DNA of 64,000 nt from Hydrolagus affinis (Eukaryota). The DNA lies in assembly GCA_012026655.1 (NCBI GenBank), contig JAAILG010000001.1, positions 62,001 to 126,000 on the forward strand, written 5' to 3'. This document shows positions 1 through 11,990 of this stretch, piece after piece. Within the stretch, counting starts at the first letter, position 1; every line of letters begins with the position of its first letter. A model generated the notes under the pieces. It made no database searches and was not told the origin of the DNA. It worked only from the letters and a program-made list of their open reading frames with translations. A program made the position numbers and the translations under genes.

Positions 1-899
1 TGAAATGCACCTGAGATTAAAAGACCGGATGAAAACAGAAGGACCTAAGTGCTTCCAGTATTACACAATAATAGAAAAAAATGTGTTTCATTGTTTTCTT
101 TTGTTGATGGCAACGGAGGTGTAAATAATAAGGCAGGGATATGTTCTGCATTCTAAAAAATGTAACATATTGACTGGAAGAACATGCTAAAAATCTACCA
201 AACCATAACCCCCTATTTAGAGCTCATTTATAGCAGCCATCTGTGTTTAAATTGGCACACAGAACCTGAGTAAACATAAACAAGGGATTTTTTTTTTGCC
301 AGTCTTTATTATTTGTTCAGAAATAATCAAGAGGCAAACATATTTTAAACAACTAAATTTAAGAATAAGCCCCCCAAAAAGTAAAGTGCAGACGAATAAC
401 GGACAGAAGGTGCTTAAATTTTAGGTTGATGAAAAATGTGATGTTTTACAAAGCTTAGTAGGCTAGCAATAGTATAATAAAGTGGGGAACATTGTGTGTT
501 TTATAGTACTTTTACATGAACATTTTTTTAGACGATTCACAATACAGTACATTCTTAAACTACACTAGAGCAATCCAGATTGCTGATTGTGAACAGTATG
601 GGAATACATGGTGGAGTTCCACGAGCTGACACATGGGTCATGCAATTATTAGACTCTATTAAAAATAATAGAGCAAGTAATTCTTCTAATCAACCCTCAT
701 GTTTCAGGAATGTAAGCCAAATGGAAAAATGCTTGTTTGAAAAATGTTGACGCGCTTTCAGGTTCACATCTCATGTGAAGGGTAAAATGCTGGGTATAAA
801 ATATTCTTGTAAAAGTACCAATCAAATGCTGAGTAAATGTACTGAATCTCTTACAGATAAAACACACCTTTGATAAAGAGATGCAACCTCACCATACCA

Positions 900-1290
900 T
901 GGTGTTGTTCAGGTATGTGCTCAGAAGGTGTACACAGGGAAAGATCTGTTGATGCAGGGGATAGGATCAGGATATTGAAAATCAATGTGGTGAGGATGTT
1001 AATTTCCGAAGAGCTTATTTAATATCATGTGTTTTCTCTGATTGCTGACCAGGTTTATCCAGAGTATAATTGAGCCATTCAGTCCAGGTTTGAGGCTGAT
1101 CTGTATTGAGATAGACAATTTCATGTACAGCAGGCATAGCAGCGCTAACACTATGTTGGGTAAGGGAGGAGGAAAATCGGTCAGGGTCTCCGGGCTGGGA
1201 TGGAACATATTGAGGATTAAATTCAGATTGTGATGTTCTCCATGTTTGAATACGGTGAAGACGATGAGTGCATTTGGAACCATAGCCCTA
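900..1290 (-). mobile_element. Highly decayed L2-clade LINE reverse-transcriptase fragment
   Basis: Minus-strand translation (..SPETLTDFPPPLP..; QISLKPG; ILILS..) loosely follows the L2 RT order DPxxLxNYRPISxLP ... QSGF ... LILLDLSAAFD; frameshifted. Confidence 0.35.
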
Positions 1291-2399
1291 GTGAAAAAGA
1301 AATAAAATCTAAACAACAGAAAACAGAATTACATTTGTATAGCACCATTCAGCACTGGGAGAAGCCTTCAGGAGAGGGCAAGAAGGGGGAAATTTACCAA
1401 ATATGATTAGCAAAAGGGGGATTTTACTTTTAACAAGAATGGTGTCTCATTTTGATTGGTGAGGAAGAGTAAATACATAACTGTGGGGAACATGTGTGTG
1501 TGTAAAAAAAAAAGAAACCCTGACTATTATTTGTTTTAAACTTTCGCTTGTATGTAGATTATTTTTAATATTTCAAAATGTTGACGGGAGTATTTCTTGC
1601 CATTTTGTCACTTGACCTCTGATATTGATGCTACCTGACAGGTTTATAGGTCGCCAGGGTGTTGTAAATAAAGCTATCCTACCTAACCTTCAATATATAA
1701 AGAAATATGCATGCAAATATACAAGCTGCCGGAAGCATCACCGAATAATACCAGTTGACCACTTAACACCAACAACATGTCACTGGATACTAAAGTTAAA
1801 TGCATGAATTTGTCAAGATGAAAAATAAACGAACATTATGAATGTACTTTTTTTAAGGCTGATTTACAGTATCTGCACATTTGGTATGAATTACTGCTGG
1901 AATGCTGTAATTCAGCTAATGAGATTAAAGCCAAAGTTTTTTTTTATAAATTTAAAGTGCACAGAACAATTCATCAAGAACACTGCCAATAATCTGATGC
2001 TATTATGAAATAATCAGTGGGAAGGAAGCACTGACACAGAAACCTGTCTAGAGCACTGAGGCGTACAGTGTTCAGACATGTATCATACAAGGAGTGCGAT
2101 AGTAGATCACTTTGGAATCAATAGCACTGCTGATCATCTCTTACAGCACCATAAAGCCCCTGATACTCTCACTCAGCTCATTGATTTTAGAGTTTTAATT
2201 GTCACATCTGTGTACCTCTGCATTAACATTCTGCCAACTGTTAGTGGAACTAATGGCGGTTCTGGGTTTAAACTCCAGAAGAACACTGTTTCTTAGGTAG
2301 AGCGAGGGTTTTAGGCTGTTTTCAATGTTTTCTTTTCCTTGCCTTTAACTTTTCGCTGCAGCTGACAGTGATTTATGTCAGGGAAAGGTTCCACAGATG

Positions 2400-2725
2400 C
2401 TGTCAGCCCTTTAGTACCTCGCCCAAGTGGTCATTTTTCATATGTGAATCTGGGCAGAGGCATTGGCAGGGATTCAAACATGGTGGGTGGTGGGGGGGGG
2501 GGTGTGGATGGTGGGAGGCGGGTGATGGCAATGCAGCCAAATGAGCCAATTCCCAACAGTTACCTGCACACATATAGCTTCTAACTGAGGTCACTGGATA
2601 GCGATCAGGAATTAGTATTCTGGCTGATCTATTTCCCCTTCCTATTCCAGTGACACTGAGGCCAAATGTGTGGCCTCACTACCTCCTTGACTGAAGTTGA
2701 TTAACTAAATCAGACTAGAAACCAA
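2400..2725 (-). mobile_element. Ancient dispersed SINE-like repeat, family X copy 1
   Basis: Reverse complement contains TTGGCCTCAGTGTCACTGGAATAGGAAGGGGAAATAGATCAGCCAGAATACTAATTCCTGATCGCTATCCAGTGACC, which aligns by eye with 11745-11822 (+) and partly with 49960-49985 (-). Confidence 0.6.
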
Positions 2726-3299
2726 CCCTTTACCATTTGCTCTCTGGCCATTGTCACTCAGTTCTGTTCATTTTAAAATAATATTTGATATTATTAATAA
2801 ATCAGGAGCAATAATGAACTAGTCATTATGCATGTAAACATAGATTTTACCAATACAGTGTTTTTTTTTGCTTCTTGTATCAATGAACACTTTTGACTGA
2901 CTCGCCATTCTTTAGAGAATGCTATGAATGTAGTCTAAGAGATACTACTAATGAATCCAGATACAATTGTGCAAACTAAATATTTAACTAAATATGTAAC
3001 CGTTGATTATAGCACTTTCTGCAGCTGCACTTTCACATTTGTTCCAAATTAGATAATTGGTTGGTCAACGTTAGGGTTCAAATTCCCTTGGAATCCTTGT
3101 AAATTTCGGAATAGATACATGGCTTCATTCAGCCTCAGAACCTCATACTACTCTGGGTCACAACTGCTGTTGTGAAGTCAGCAGGGTCACAGACAAGAGC
3201 AGAAACACATTCACAACTTTTTAGTTTTCTGAATAAATATACAATTGTACCCATTATTTCTGTAATTTACAAAGGGAACCAAACTGACAGCAAAAGGTT

Positions 3300-3700
3300 A
3301 CACATGCAGAAACATCAGTTGTCAATGGCGAGTAATTGTTGGACAGCACGCTGTTTAAAAGAGATCAGTCCAGTTGGGGAGCTGTCAACTACACTCTCGG
3401 CAGGCAGATTGTTCCATGGATGAATAACACGTGCCAAGAAAGAGTTCTGGTAATGTGGAGATCTTGACCTTGGGACAGTCTCGATGTGTGAGGGGAATGT
3501 TGCTGCTGCTCTAGTCATCTGTCTGCTGTCCAGTGGAGGTGGAATAGTCTCAGTAATCCAGGGGTGATGCCATCATCCGGTAAAACATGAACGGATCCCA
3601 AGCTTTGGGCTGATGTTGGAAAGACTGAGGGCCTGAGTTTATGAACGCTGATAAGCAAAAGCTTCAGCAAAAGGTGCAGCGTTAGTCATCAATGAATTCA
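3300..3700 (-). mobile_element. CR1/L2-group LINE ORF2 C-terminal (3') fragment
   Basis: ORF 3315-3518 gives VPRSRSPHYQNSFLARVIHPWNNLPAESVV..LISFKQR, matching the typical SFxPRxxxxWNxLP...FK LINE tail; upstream QSFQHQP..FYRMM segment. Confidence 0.7.
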
Positions 3701-5759
3701 GAAACAAACATTTCTCTGGGTTTAGCATTTGTCCTTTTTAGAAACTAACCTTTCTTTGCTCCAAAACAGTCCTTAGTGAGTTGAAAACTAATGATTAATG
3801 TACACCTTGTTTACTGTAGTATTGCCTAGCCATCAGCTGTTACAAATTAAAATGCACCGTCTTACTGATTCCCAACGTTAGCCGGTTCAAATTAAACTAC
3901 TGTAAACAGCCTGATGTGAATCTGCTTTCACCTCCTGGCCTTAAGTACACCGTAGCACATGGGTTGTTGGGCTATAATTAGAAATTGAACAGTGTTTGCT
4001 GCTGTGCAAACAAAATGACGAATAAAGAGTAAATAAATCATTAAAATCAAAATGAAATCCAATCCCTGATATCAAATTGATACAATACAATAACCACAAT
4101 GAACAAGGAGCACCATTTTCAAGAAATGAAGCACAAAAGAAGGAGGCAAATCTTACAAACACCAGATAGGTACCTTAGTCCATTACAGATTTAATTCAAA
4201 TCTTTGATATGGGTAAAGTTGCACCCATCATTTAGCAATCCCTATATCCTTCTTTGGGGATCTGATTTATATCCTTTGAGAAGATAGTCCCGATGTGTAA
4301 AGGTCACAGGTAAGTTACACCGTACTTTAATACTCAGTAGTTGTTGCACACTTTAGTACAGTACTCCATACCTATAACTCACTCATTCAACCTTCTGCAA
4401 CCAAAACAAAGATACCAGGTTGCTCCCTCGAATTTTCTAATATTAATTATTTTAAATAATTTAAAAATGTAAAAATATTTTTTGCATTCATCTGTATTTC
4501 TGAAATAATATTTAAAAGATTTCCATCAGTTCCGGAAGTTTACAGCTAACAAAACTGCAGTTCAATTCAAACACCCTGCACAAATATGCACCCTGTGGTG
4601 ACCACACAGAGCTGTTCTGTCTGATGTCCTGGATTCCTGTTGAATCTATTTCACCCTTTCATTTTGCAGTTCAATTACATTACCCTTTACACTTCTCTTT
4701 TGCTGTGATAAATTTCACACTGTCCAAGGGTTGAATGCACATGTAGAATTGACCTGCCTCGGTGGCCATCTTTTGTCTCATTCTGCTTCCTGTAGTAATG
4801 CTCGTTCTGGTGCTGTCTGTAGTGCAAAGTGCCCTCTATACCCCAGCCAAGTGGGGTAATCTTTGCATTGTGCTGACAACCATGTGGGATTTCATCGCAT
4901 TTCGGAGAAATCTCCGTCTTCATATTGATTAAATATTATACTATACAAATGTAATTTTGTTGTTGTTTGTTGTTGTCGCAACCTAAAGGTTCATGATGTT
5001 TAGAGTAGCTTGAATTACAAAATAGAAGTCGACATCCAATAATTGAAGGAACAATAACATAGTAATCTTTTCTTGTTGCCCATGGTTTCATCAGCATTCA
5101 CAGACTTTCCTTTATGGATACCTGAACTACAGAATCCCAAGAATCCATTGTGAAATGCGCATGCGTTATTATCAAGGTTAACACTTGTACGACTGACAAA
5201 AAATTCTTAGCCCTTGAAATCACTGAACTATTCCTTCTGAGATGACCAAACAGACATCAAAGAGGTTTACCCACATTTCACATGAAAATCTATGTCCAAG
5301 CTAACAACATAGAAAGGCAACGATCCATTTGCTAACCGTATCATCAAGCCAAGGTTTGCCACAGTTTACTAGATTCTGCTTCTCATTCATTTTAATAGGA
5401 AGCAAAGCTGATTCAAAGTTACATTCATAGGTATTTGCGGCTGCTGAAATTGCTTACATGGACTCTGGAGAGGTCATTTTGTAATAACCAAGGGAAAGGA
5501 TTAAAAACCAGTATGATCACATTAAACCCTCAGAGTGCCTGCATTTGTTGAGTTAAAATATAACCTGTTTCTTTTCTTATAAGTAGTCATGCAACTGTAG
5601 ACTATATATTTCATCATCAATTATGTTCAGAATTAATCACTTTTACAATGATATTTAAGGCCGCAACTTTGTTATGTAAGTCAGTGTAGTCATAGATCCA
5701 GTTTGTATTCCCTCTATGATTTTTCATTGCTGGGCAAAATGATAAATATCAGTGCATAC

Positions 5760-6375
5760 CAGCTGCTGCTACCCCTCTGAGTGGCATAGCTGCCGATTCC
5801 CTTGGAACAATCTCCTCCAAATCCCACAGCGAGCCTTGTAAGTCCCCTGGTTTCCTCTTCTCCTGGTCCCAAAGCACAGCTGCTGAGCCTCCCAGCAACA
5901 TCTGTGCAAAGAGCCACAGAGTGGCCCTGAGTCCCAAAGCATCCTTGAACATCAGTCCCAATGCAAGGCCTCGAGTCCTCCAGTGTCCTTTTCCTTACAC
6001 CCCATGGCATAGCTGCTGAGTCTTTGGGTCTTCTCTGCACTGAGGTCCACAGGATGACTGTTGATTCTCTGGCATTTTCATCCATCAACCGTGTGGCATG
6101 ACTGTTAAGTCCCCCGATGTCCTCAGCTTCAGGTTCAGCAAGATGGCTGCTGAGAGACTCAGTAGAGTCTTCTGTGTTGAGCCCTCCAGCATGTCTGTGA
6201 GGTCCCATGTTGCCTCCCTCTCAGAGTCCCAAAGGATGGCTGTTGACTTTCTCTTTCCCCTCCAGCAAGAGATGAGTGAGCTGGCCAAGGTTCAGATATT
6301 CAGATCAGCTCACTCTGACCACAGTCTGTTTTGTCCAAACTCAAGCTGAGCTTTATGTTTTTTTGAACGCAAACA
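5760..6375 (-). pseudogene. Exon-like segment with a degenerate 44/45-bp tandem array (15-aa LSSxAxGxxExDTGG-like repeat); disrupted reading frame
   Basis: Acceptor TTCCCTGTATTTTTTTAG ends at 6376 and donor CTG|GTATGC starts at 5759. Repeat units start at 6153, 6108, 6064, 6019, 5974, 5930, 5886, 5841, 5796. In-frame TGA at 6223-6221 and three 1-nt-short units. Confidence 0.45.
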
Positions 6376-6476
6376 CTAAAAAAATACAGGGAATATATAA
6401 CACTTCATGCATAAGCAGCTGCAATTCTGGAAAAACAATTTACTTCTACGCGTATAAAATTCTATATGTGATGGGC

Positions 6477-6534
6477 TATATGTATATATGTACATATGTA
6501 TATACATGGACATATCTATATATATATCTATATA
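6477..6534. repeat. Interrupted (TA)n microsatellite
   Basis: tatatgtatatatgtacatatgtatatacatggacatatctatatatatatctatatag. Confidence 0.85.
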
Positions 6535-6658
6535 GATTTGTTTCACAAAAAGGAAATGGATTAAAATAATCAATGATAACCTGTTTAGCCTTTGGATGAA
6601 TGGTGGACATGTTGTTAAACTGAAGGGATCAGATTCACCAAAATTCTTCCCCACTTGC

Positions 6659-6941
6659 CCAGGGCTTTCATTATACTGTGTCCTGTCTCATGGCATGAAT
6701 GAATGGTGAATCCCTTGGCATCCTTTATCACCAGTCCCGTAGTGGGTGTTTTGCGTTTTGCGGCATCCCTTTCCAAGTTGTGGCCCTGTGCTGCCAGCCT
6801 TTCTGTGTCCCCAGTGTGGCATTTCTCTTCAGTCCTTAACATCTCTGCTTCTTTCTTGGTCTCTTGTGCTGAGTCTTCCAGTGACTTTGCTTCTTCCTGG
6901 TCTCTCCTACTAAGTTCCCCAGTGTCTCCAATGCTCCTTTG
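6659..6941 (-). other. Candidate exon with an open 94-codon frame, Glu/Lys/Arg-rich (QRSIGDTGELSRRDQEEAKSLEDSAQETKKEAEMLRTEEK...MKAL)
   Basis: Acceptor TCTCTCTGTTTATTTACCAG ends at 6942; possible non-canonical GC donor TGG|GCAAGT at 6658; no stop in phase 0; shares CACTGGRRGACTCAG-type motifs with the downstream array. Confidence 0.4.
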
Positions 6942-7059
6942 CTGGTAAATAAACAGAGAGACGTTAGTATTGACACCAGGAACTGTGATTGCTCCGTGAT
7001 TCTGATTTCCCTCAAATCATAAAATAAGACAAGCGTCTTCATTTTTAAAATTATATATT

Positions 7060-7390
7060 TTGACCACATTCTATAGGGAAATTGTGCAATTCAGAAAGCT
7101 GTACACCAAGTTCTTTAGAAGTTTAGATAGTACCGTATTGCATCAGTTAGAATCTCTGGTAGAGTTATGGGTGGTTGGATGCCACTTTATAATGCAGATT
7201 AACAGAATTCAGATTGCTTGTTGGCTGAAACTGGAGACTGTAGTAACCTTTAAATGTGACTGGATGTATACTTAAAGGGATAGAATATAAATGGTCTGAG
7301 AAAAGAGCAAGGATTTAAAATTTGAGTAGTTAGCTGATGAGCTAATAGCACTTTTGGTCTGATGGGATGAAATATCTTGTATGATTTCAT
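7060..7390 (+). mobile_element. Decayed CR1 LINE 3' end
   Basis: ..GAGACTGTAGTAACCTTTAAATGTGACTGGATGTATACTTAAAGGGATAGAAT..GAGAAAAGAGCAAGGA..GATGGG resembles the FKxxLD end of CR1 ORF2 plus 3'UTR. Confidence 0.45.
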
Positions 7391-8359
7391 TTCTATGGTT
7401 TTGATGATTTAGCAGGTTATGGTACAATAAATGTAGGTATACCGTAAATCAACAGCAACTAAGTAATGTAATAAGAATATTCACTTTATATCTATGTCTT
7501 GTTACTTTGCTTAAAAGTTATTGGACAGAGATTAGTGCTTCAGCAATATATTGGTGATAGCTGGATCTACGCATCCTGTCAAGTGACTGTGTTTCATTGG
7601 CAACAGTGTGTTCAAACGTGAAGAGAGCTTCCCCTCTTGCCCAGTATTCAAATTGTTTTTATAGAAAATGAATGCAAGGCAGCCTTTGCAAAATTTCTCC
7701 ACTGATCACTGGTGTCGACAGTGAGATATAGCGGCAGCAAATATCCCGAAGATTGTCAGGTCAACTTACAAGAACTTTAATAACCGGAAGGAGACCCTGT
7801 TAAATCTGAGTTCCCATGGGTCAGCATGATGCTATTCCAGTTATCGACAGGAATCACATTACGGATCACTGCAAGTTAGATCTTACTGTTGACTAGGAGA
7901 CATATAGAATTTCAATCCCTTTCCTCAGCCAGAATAGCTTTGTTGGTAAACTCAGAAACAAGAGATAAAAGGGTGTCTTGTGCATCGATCCCCAATTAGT
8001 TGCATGCTTATTTGTTACAGGTTTTCTAATTACAAACACATAATAAAGGAATGGCTGATGTTAACGGTCAGCTCACCAGAGATACCCAACGATTATACCG
8101 CAGGTGCTTAGCTAGGCATAGCTCAATTCAACAGGAAAAGCGGAGTAGAGCAAGCACCTGCTGTCCAGCAGCCAGTGGCACTTTGGGTCCCACTATTGAT
8201 GCAGAATAGAAAATGGATGTGGGGTAGGGGTGGGAGGCATGGAAAGTTGTCACACACATAGATCAGTCAATGCCTTTTAGCTATTGACAAGGTGCAAACT
8301 TCAGTGATTTGTTAATACGTTTTGCCTACAAAATATCCAATCAATTCATTTTACAATAT

Positions 8360-8430
8360 ATTCTATGAAATGTTTTGAGATGTCTCGAAGACGCAATATC
8401 GAATGCAAAGCTTATTATTATTATTATTAT
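8360..8430 (+). mobile_element. SINE/L2-type 3' tail with (TTA)n
   Basis: TGAAATGTTTTGAGATGTCTCGAAGACGCAATATCGAATGCAAAGC(TTA)n; same tail as 11605-11665 and 42443-42510. Confidence 0.75.
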
Positions 8431-9049
8431 CACATGTTGCATTTTTTTCACCCATCATAACAGTTTTCACCAATAGGGGGAGGGTAAGTTCGTATAATTC
8501 TCAGTGTGAGCTTGTCTCTAAATTGTGTTATTAAATGGTTTATGTAACGTTCCCGAGTTAGCGAGAAGTTCCTGCTTTAGGCCAGCTGTTTTTCACAGCT
8601 ACCGTCGCCTTAATTTCTAGTTCTTTAAACATGTGCGTATGATTGAGCTTTATCTTTCCTCTATTAGGTTGATTCTCGATCCTCATGCAGGCACACCTCC
8701 TGCTAAATGATTCACTGAGCATCAGAGTTGACACGCTTGGAGACTTCCATGTCCTTGCTCGCGTTCACAATAGGACAAAGCACGTTGTCGTAGAGGTGAA
8801 TGCTTTACCAAAGGAATGAGGGGAGGGTTGGTGGGTGGGAAGCGGGGGGGGGAATGTGTGGGGGGGAAAGAATAGAAAAACGCAAAAATTCTAGACATCT
8901 TTGCTGAACACCGAATGGGAAAATCTGGAGTGCGCTAAGGGTCACGGGATACCCAGAATCCTTCAACACTTGGAAAGCCGCTGACTCATTCCCTCAGTAA
9001 TCAGTGTTGTGTGCAGTTACAAATGGGATGGTTAATAGGCCTGCATCCA

Positions 9050-9322
9050 TTATCATTAGTGCATCTCAGCACGCAGGTACATGATGGGCCCTGCCAGCAC
9101 GTTTGCTTCAGCTCACTGAGCCAGGGGCCATGCTCCATTGCAAATGAGGATGAGAAACACCTGCTCCAGGGTTTTCCAGCAGACCATCTCCATCGCTCAC
9201 ATCTCATGCAACACTTGTTCTGTCATAATGTAATCCTGGCTCCAGCCAAAAGAGGTTTACTGTATCCAACTAAAGATCACAAACTTCCCTGTTGTTTGCT
9301 GCATAAATTCAGTTCGGAAAAC
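9050..9322 (-). pseudogene. Possible pseudo-exon of unknown origin
   Basis: Acceptor-like CATTTTTTAATGCACCAG ends at 9323. One frame has coding-like codon use (VFRTEFMQQ..Q*TSFGWSQDYIMTEQVLHEM*AMEMVCWKTLEQVFLILICNGAWPLAQ*AEANVLAGPIMYLRAEMH*) but three internal stops; no family recognised. Confidence 0.2.
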
Positions 9323-11379
9323 CTGGTGCATTAAAAAATGTAACACAATTCTGTTGTGTTCAGCATTCTGTCGTCAGCAGATTTTTCTTCCGATAACTAA
9401 CGTCGATGCAAGGGTGGCTTGGCTAAGACACTGAAGCGTTACTCTGTAAGCTTTGACTCCACAAGCCAAGGTACTTTCGATTAGGGCTGATATATATTTA
9501 AAAAACACATTTAAAACAGCTACAAATAGTAAGTTGCCATCTTATTTCAGTTGTTACACTAAATAAATGTTTGAGCTAGAAATGTGAATTGATTGGAAGT
9601 TTGAGAGCTGTAGTATGGTTACATATCAAACGTATGCAAGGGCACCTGTGTGACCTACTCTGGGACCTCACTTTAACAATTAATTGACAGTGACATTTTT
9701 ACTATAGTAAACGAAAATCAGTATTAAAGATGTGATACATAGGCATACTTCCAGAAACAAAAATCTGGTTTCAATAAAACTATACTTCTGATTAGAACTG
9801 ATGTTACCTTCCGGTTGTGCCTTTGGCTATTATGTGTTCATATGTATAATGACTAGATGCCATATCCACTTTTCATATTCATGTTTTCTGTTTCTCTTCT
9901 GCACCAGACACATTGGAATGATTAGAACATCACTCTACACCATGCAGCATTTGATTTAATTTGAAACAGATTATGACCTGCAGGAAAAAATTATAGCAAT
10001 GCCTTTTCGTCTTTTTTTCTCGCGTTTGCTGCAAAAGCCATACAAAATGCTTGCAAAAAAACTTGCAATTTATTCTATCAGAGCAGGTAGAACTTCAGAA
10101 AAAGTTCTCATGTAATATTTCAATTAGCATGCACAAAAGAATTACATATATAACTGCAAAGATATGGGCCTTAATTTTGCTCCCCAGTTTATAGTTTTAT
10201 AAGCCAATAACCTGGCCACATTTGCTGGAGGCTATTTGCTTTTGATTCACATATCAAATTTAGATAGGAAATGATGCAAAGCTTCGAATTTTGAAAGAAC
10301 TGCAATAAGAAACGGCAAATGAAGAAGCCTGCCCTCAACATTAGGGTAAGAGTGACACAAGGTCAAAAAGTCAAACACTCACTGACTTAGGTGGTTCAAT
10401 TGGGCTAAATTCGAGTTTGAATTTCTTGTTATAAGAAAGCTATAAGAAATCCAAATTCAGCTAAAAGCTGAATAATACAAAGTTGAGCAAATATTTTGAA
10501 TGTTCCTTTGACTCTGGCAGTCCTATACGGTTTATATCAAACTGAACTGAATATTGAAAACAAAAGTTGTTTTATTCATCCCTCAAGATAAATCCAAGCA
10601 TCTGTGGCACCCAGCAACAGGGTAAAATAACTAAAAAGAAATCATCATGGTGTAGAACGAAATTGGGGCACTCTACAACATGACACAGAGATTTACTTTT
10701 CTTTAATTGTAATTTTATTTATAGAATGTTTAAGCGCAAATTCAAACCTAGTGAAATAAATGACACATAAAAATCAAGTGCAACAGTCAGTTAGCTAAGA
10801 AACATAAAGCCAAGAGGCAAAGCATAACAGTGTCCAACCTGCAATATTTCATAAAAGGTTCCCTTAATAAGGAATCCAAGTTAGGCAATGAGAAATTGAA
10901 AGTATGCAGAGAGCTAGGGAACTTTGCTCTGATATGATCTGCTTTGGGAGTAAAATTTCTGTGGATTGACAGGAATTCTAATGGGAATCTTTACTTTGGA
11001 ATCCTGTTATATATCACACATTAGAGCTCAATACAAAATCCGTCAACAATCTCACCAACCCATATTGTACTTTGGGGGCAAAATAGTCACTCCTCACTGA
11101 AGACAAGCTCACAAACTTCTTACATGTCTTACAAGCGACACTTCAAGGTGTGTGTGGGCCTTAATCTGGCCATAAACCAGGCAAAGGTAGAGGTCAAAAA
11201 TAAAATAGGAGAAAAAAAGAAAAGGGCGAAGGCAGGAAAAAGACTTTCTAAGGGCAGAGCCTATGTTAAGGACCAGCCCCAATCACAAAGCGCAAAGATT
11301 GTGGATTCAAATCCCACATCAGTAATCTGCATTTGACAATAATATACAAGTACTATATATTTGTATATAATACATTCAG

Positions 11380-11665
11380 CCCATTATGTCTGTGTTGATG
11401 CTACCTCTCCATTGGATGCTACCGATCATCCAATTTCTTTTTCCCCAGATGGTTTTTCCGGGATTAATAAGTCCTTCCAAAAATTTTAAAATAATAATAA
11501 ATTGGTACTCAATCCACGACTGTTTGTGTGACACTGTTGTGCCCAATAGACTGCTGCATTTTGGCCACAAATTATACAGTCAATTCACTTCACAGTATAT
11601 TCTGTGAAGCGCTTTGAGGCGTCTTGAAGAGCTGCTAAGGTGTTATATCAAATGCAAGGATCATT
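11380..11665 (+). mobile_element. SINE body with Deu-domain 3' segment and L2-type tail
   Basis: CAATCCACGACTGTTTGTGTGACACTGTTGTGCCCAAT..GCTGCATTTTGGCCACAAAT..CAGTCAATTCACTTCACAGT..GTGAAGCGCTTTGAG..TATATCAAATGCAAGGAT; reverse complement of the 44894-45100 copy. Confidence 0.85.
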
Positions 11666-11704
11666 TTAAAAAAAAATTATTTTAAAAATCAATGCAATAG
11701 TAAA

Positions 11705-11990
11705 AATTTACTGATCTCAGTTGTAACAGTACTGAGGCCACTGCAATTTGCCTCAGTGTCTCTGGGCTAGGGAAGGGAAAGAGCCAGCCAGAATTCCTGC
11801 TCCTTGTTGCTTTCCGATGACCCATGCTGGAAACTTCTGGTGTGCAGACATCAGCCGAGAATGGTATTGGACTTCCCCCTTTGTTGACTGGTCTGCCAAC
11901 ACTCACCGTTTAGTTTCACGCATGAAATATAGTCACTTAGGTAGCATATCAGAGAACTGCAGATATCCATGGAATCAAACAGGACCATTA
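11705..11990 (+). mobile_element. Ancient dispersed SINE-like repeat, family X copy 2
   Basis: CAATTTGCCTCAGTGTCTCTGGGCTAGGGAAGGGAAAGAGCCAGCCAGAATTCCTGCTCCTTG..GATGACCC..CATGAAATATAGTCACTTAGG; homologous to 2400-2725. Confidence 0.65.

Noticed and set aside
4687-4923. 78-aa minus-strand ORF as a further exon or CDS
   Set aside because: Slightly GC-richer, but splice signals are weak and no homology is recognised; kept only as a possibility.
5796-6153. CRISPR-like repeat/spacer array
   Set aside because: Units are degenerate along their whole length, with no invariant direct repeat and no cas genes, in a vertebrate context.
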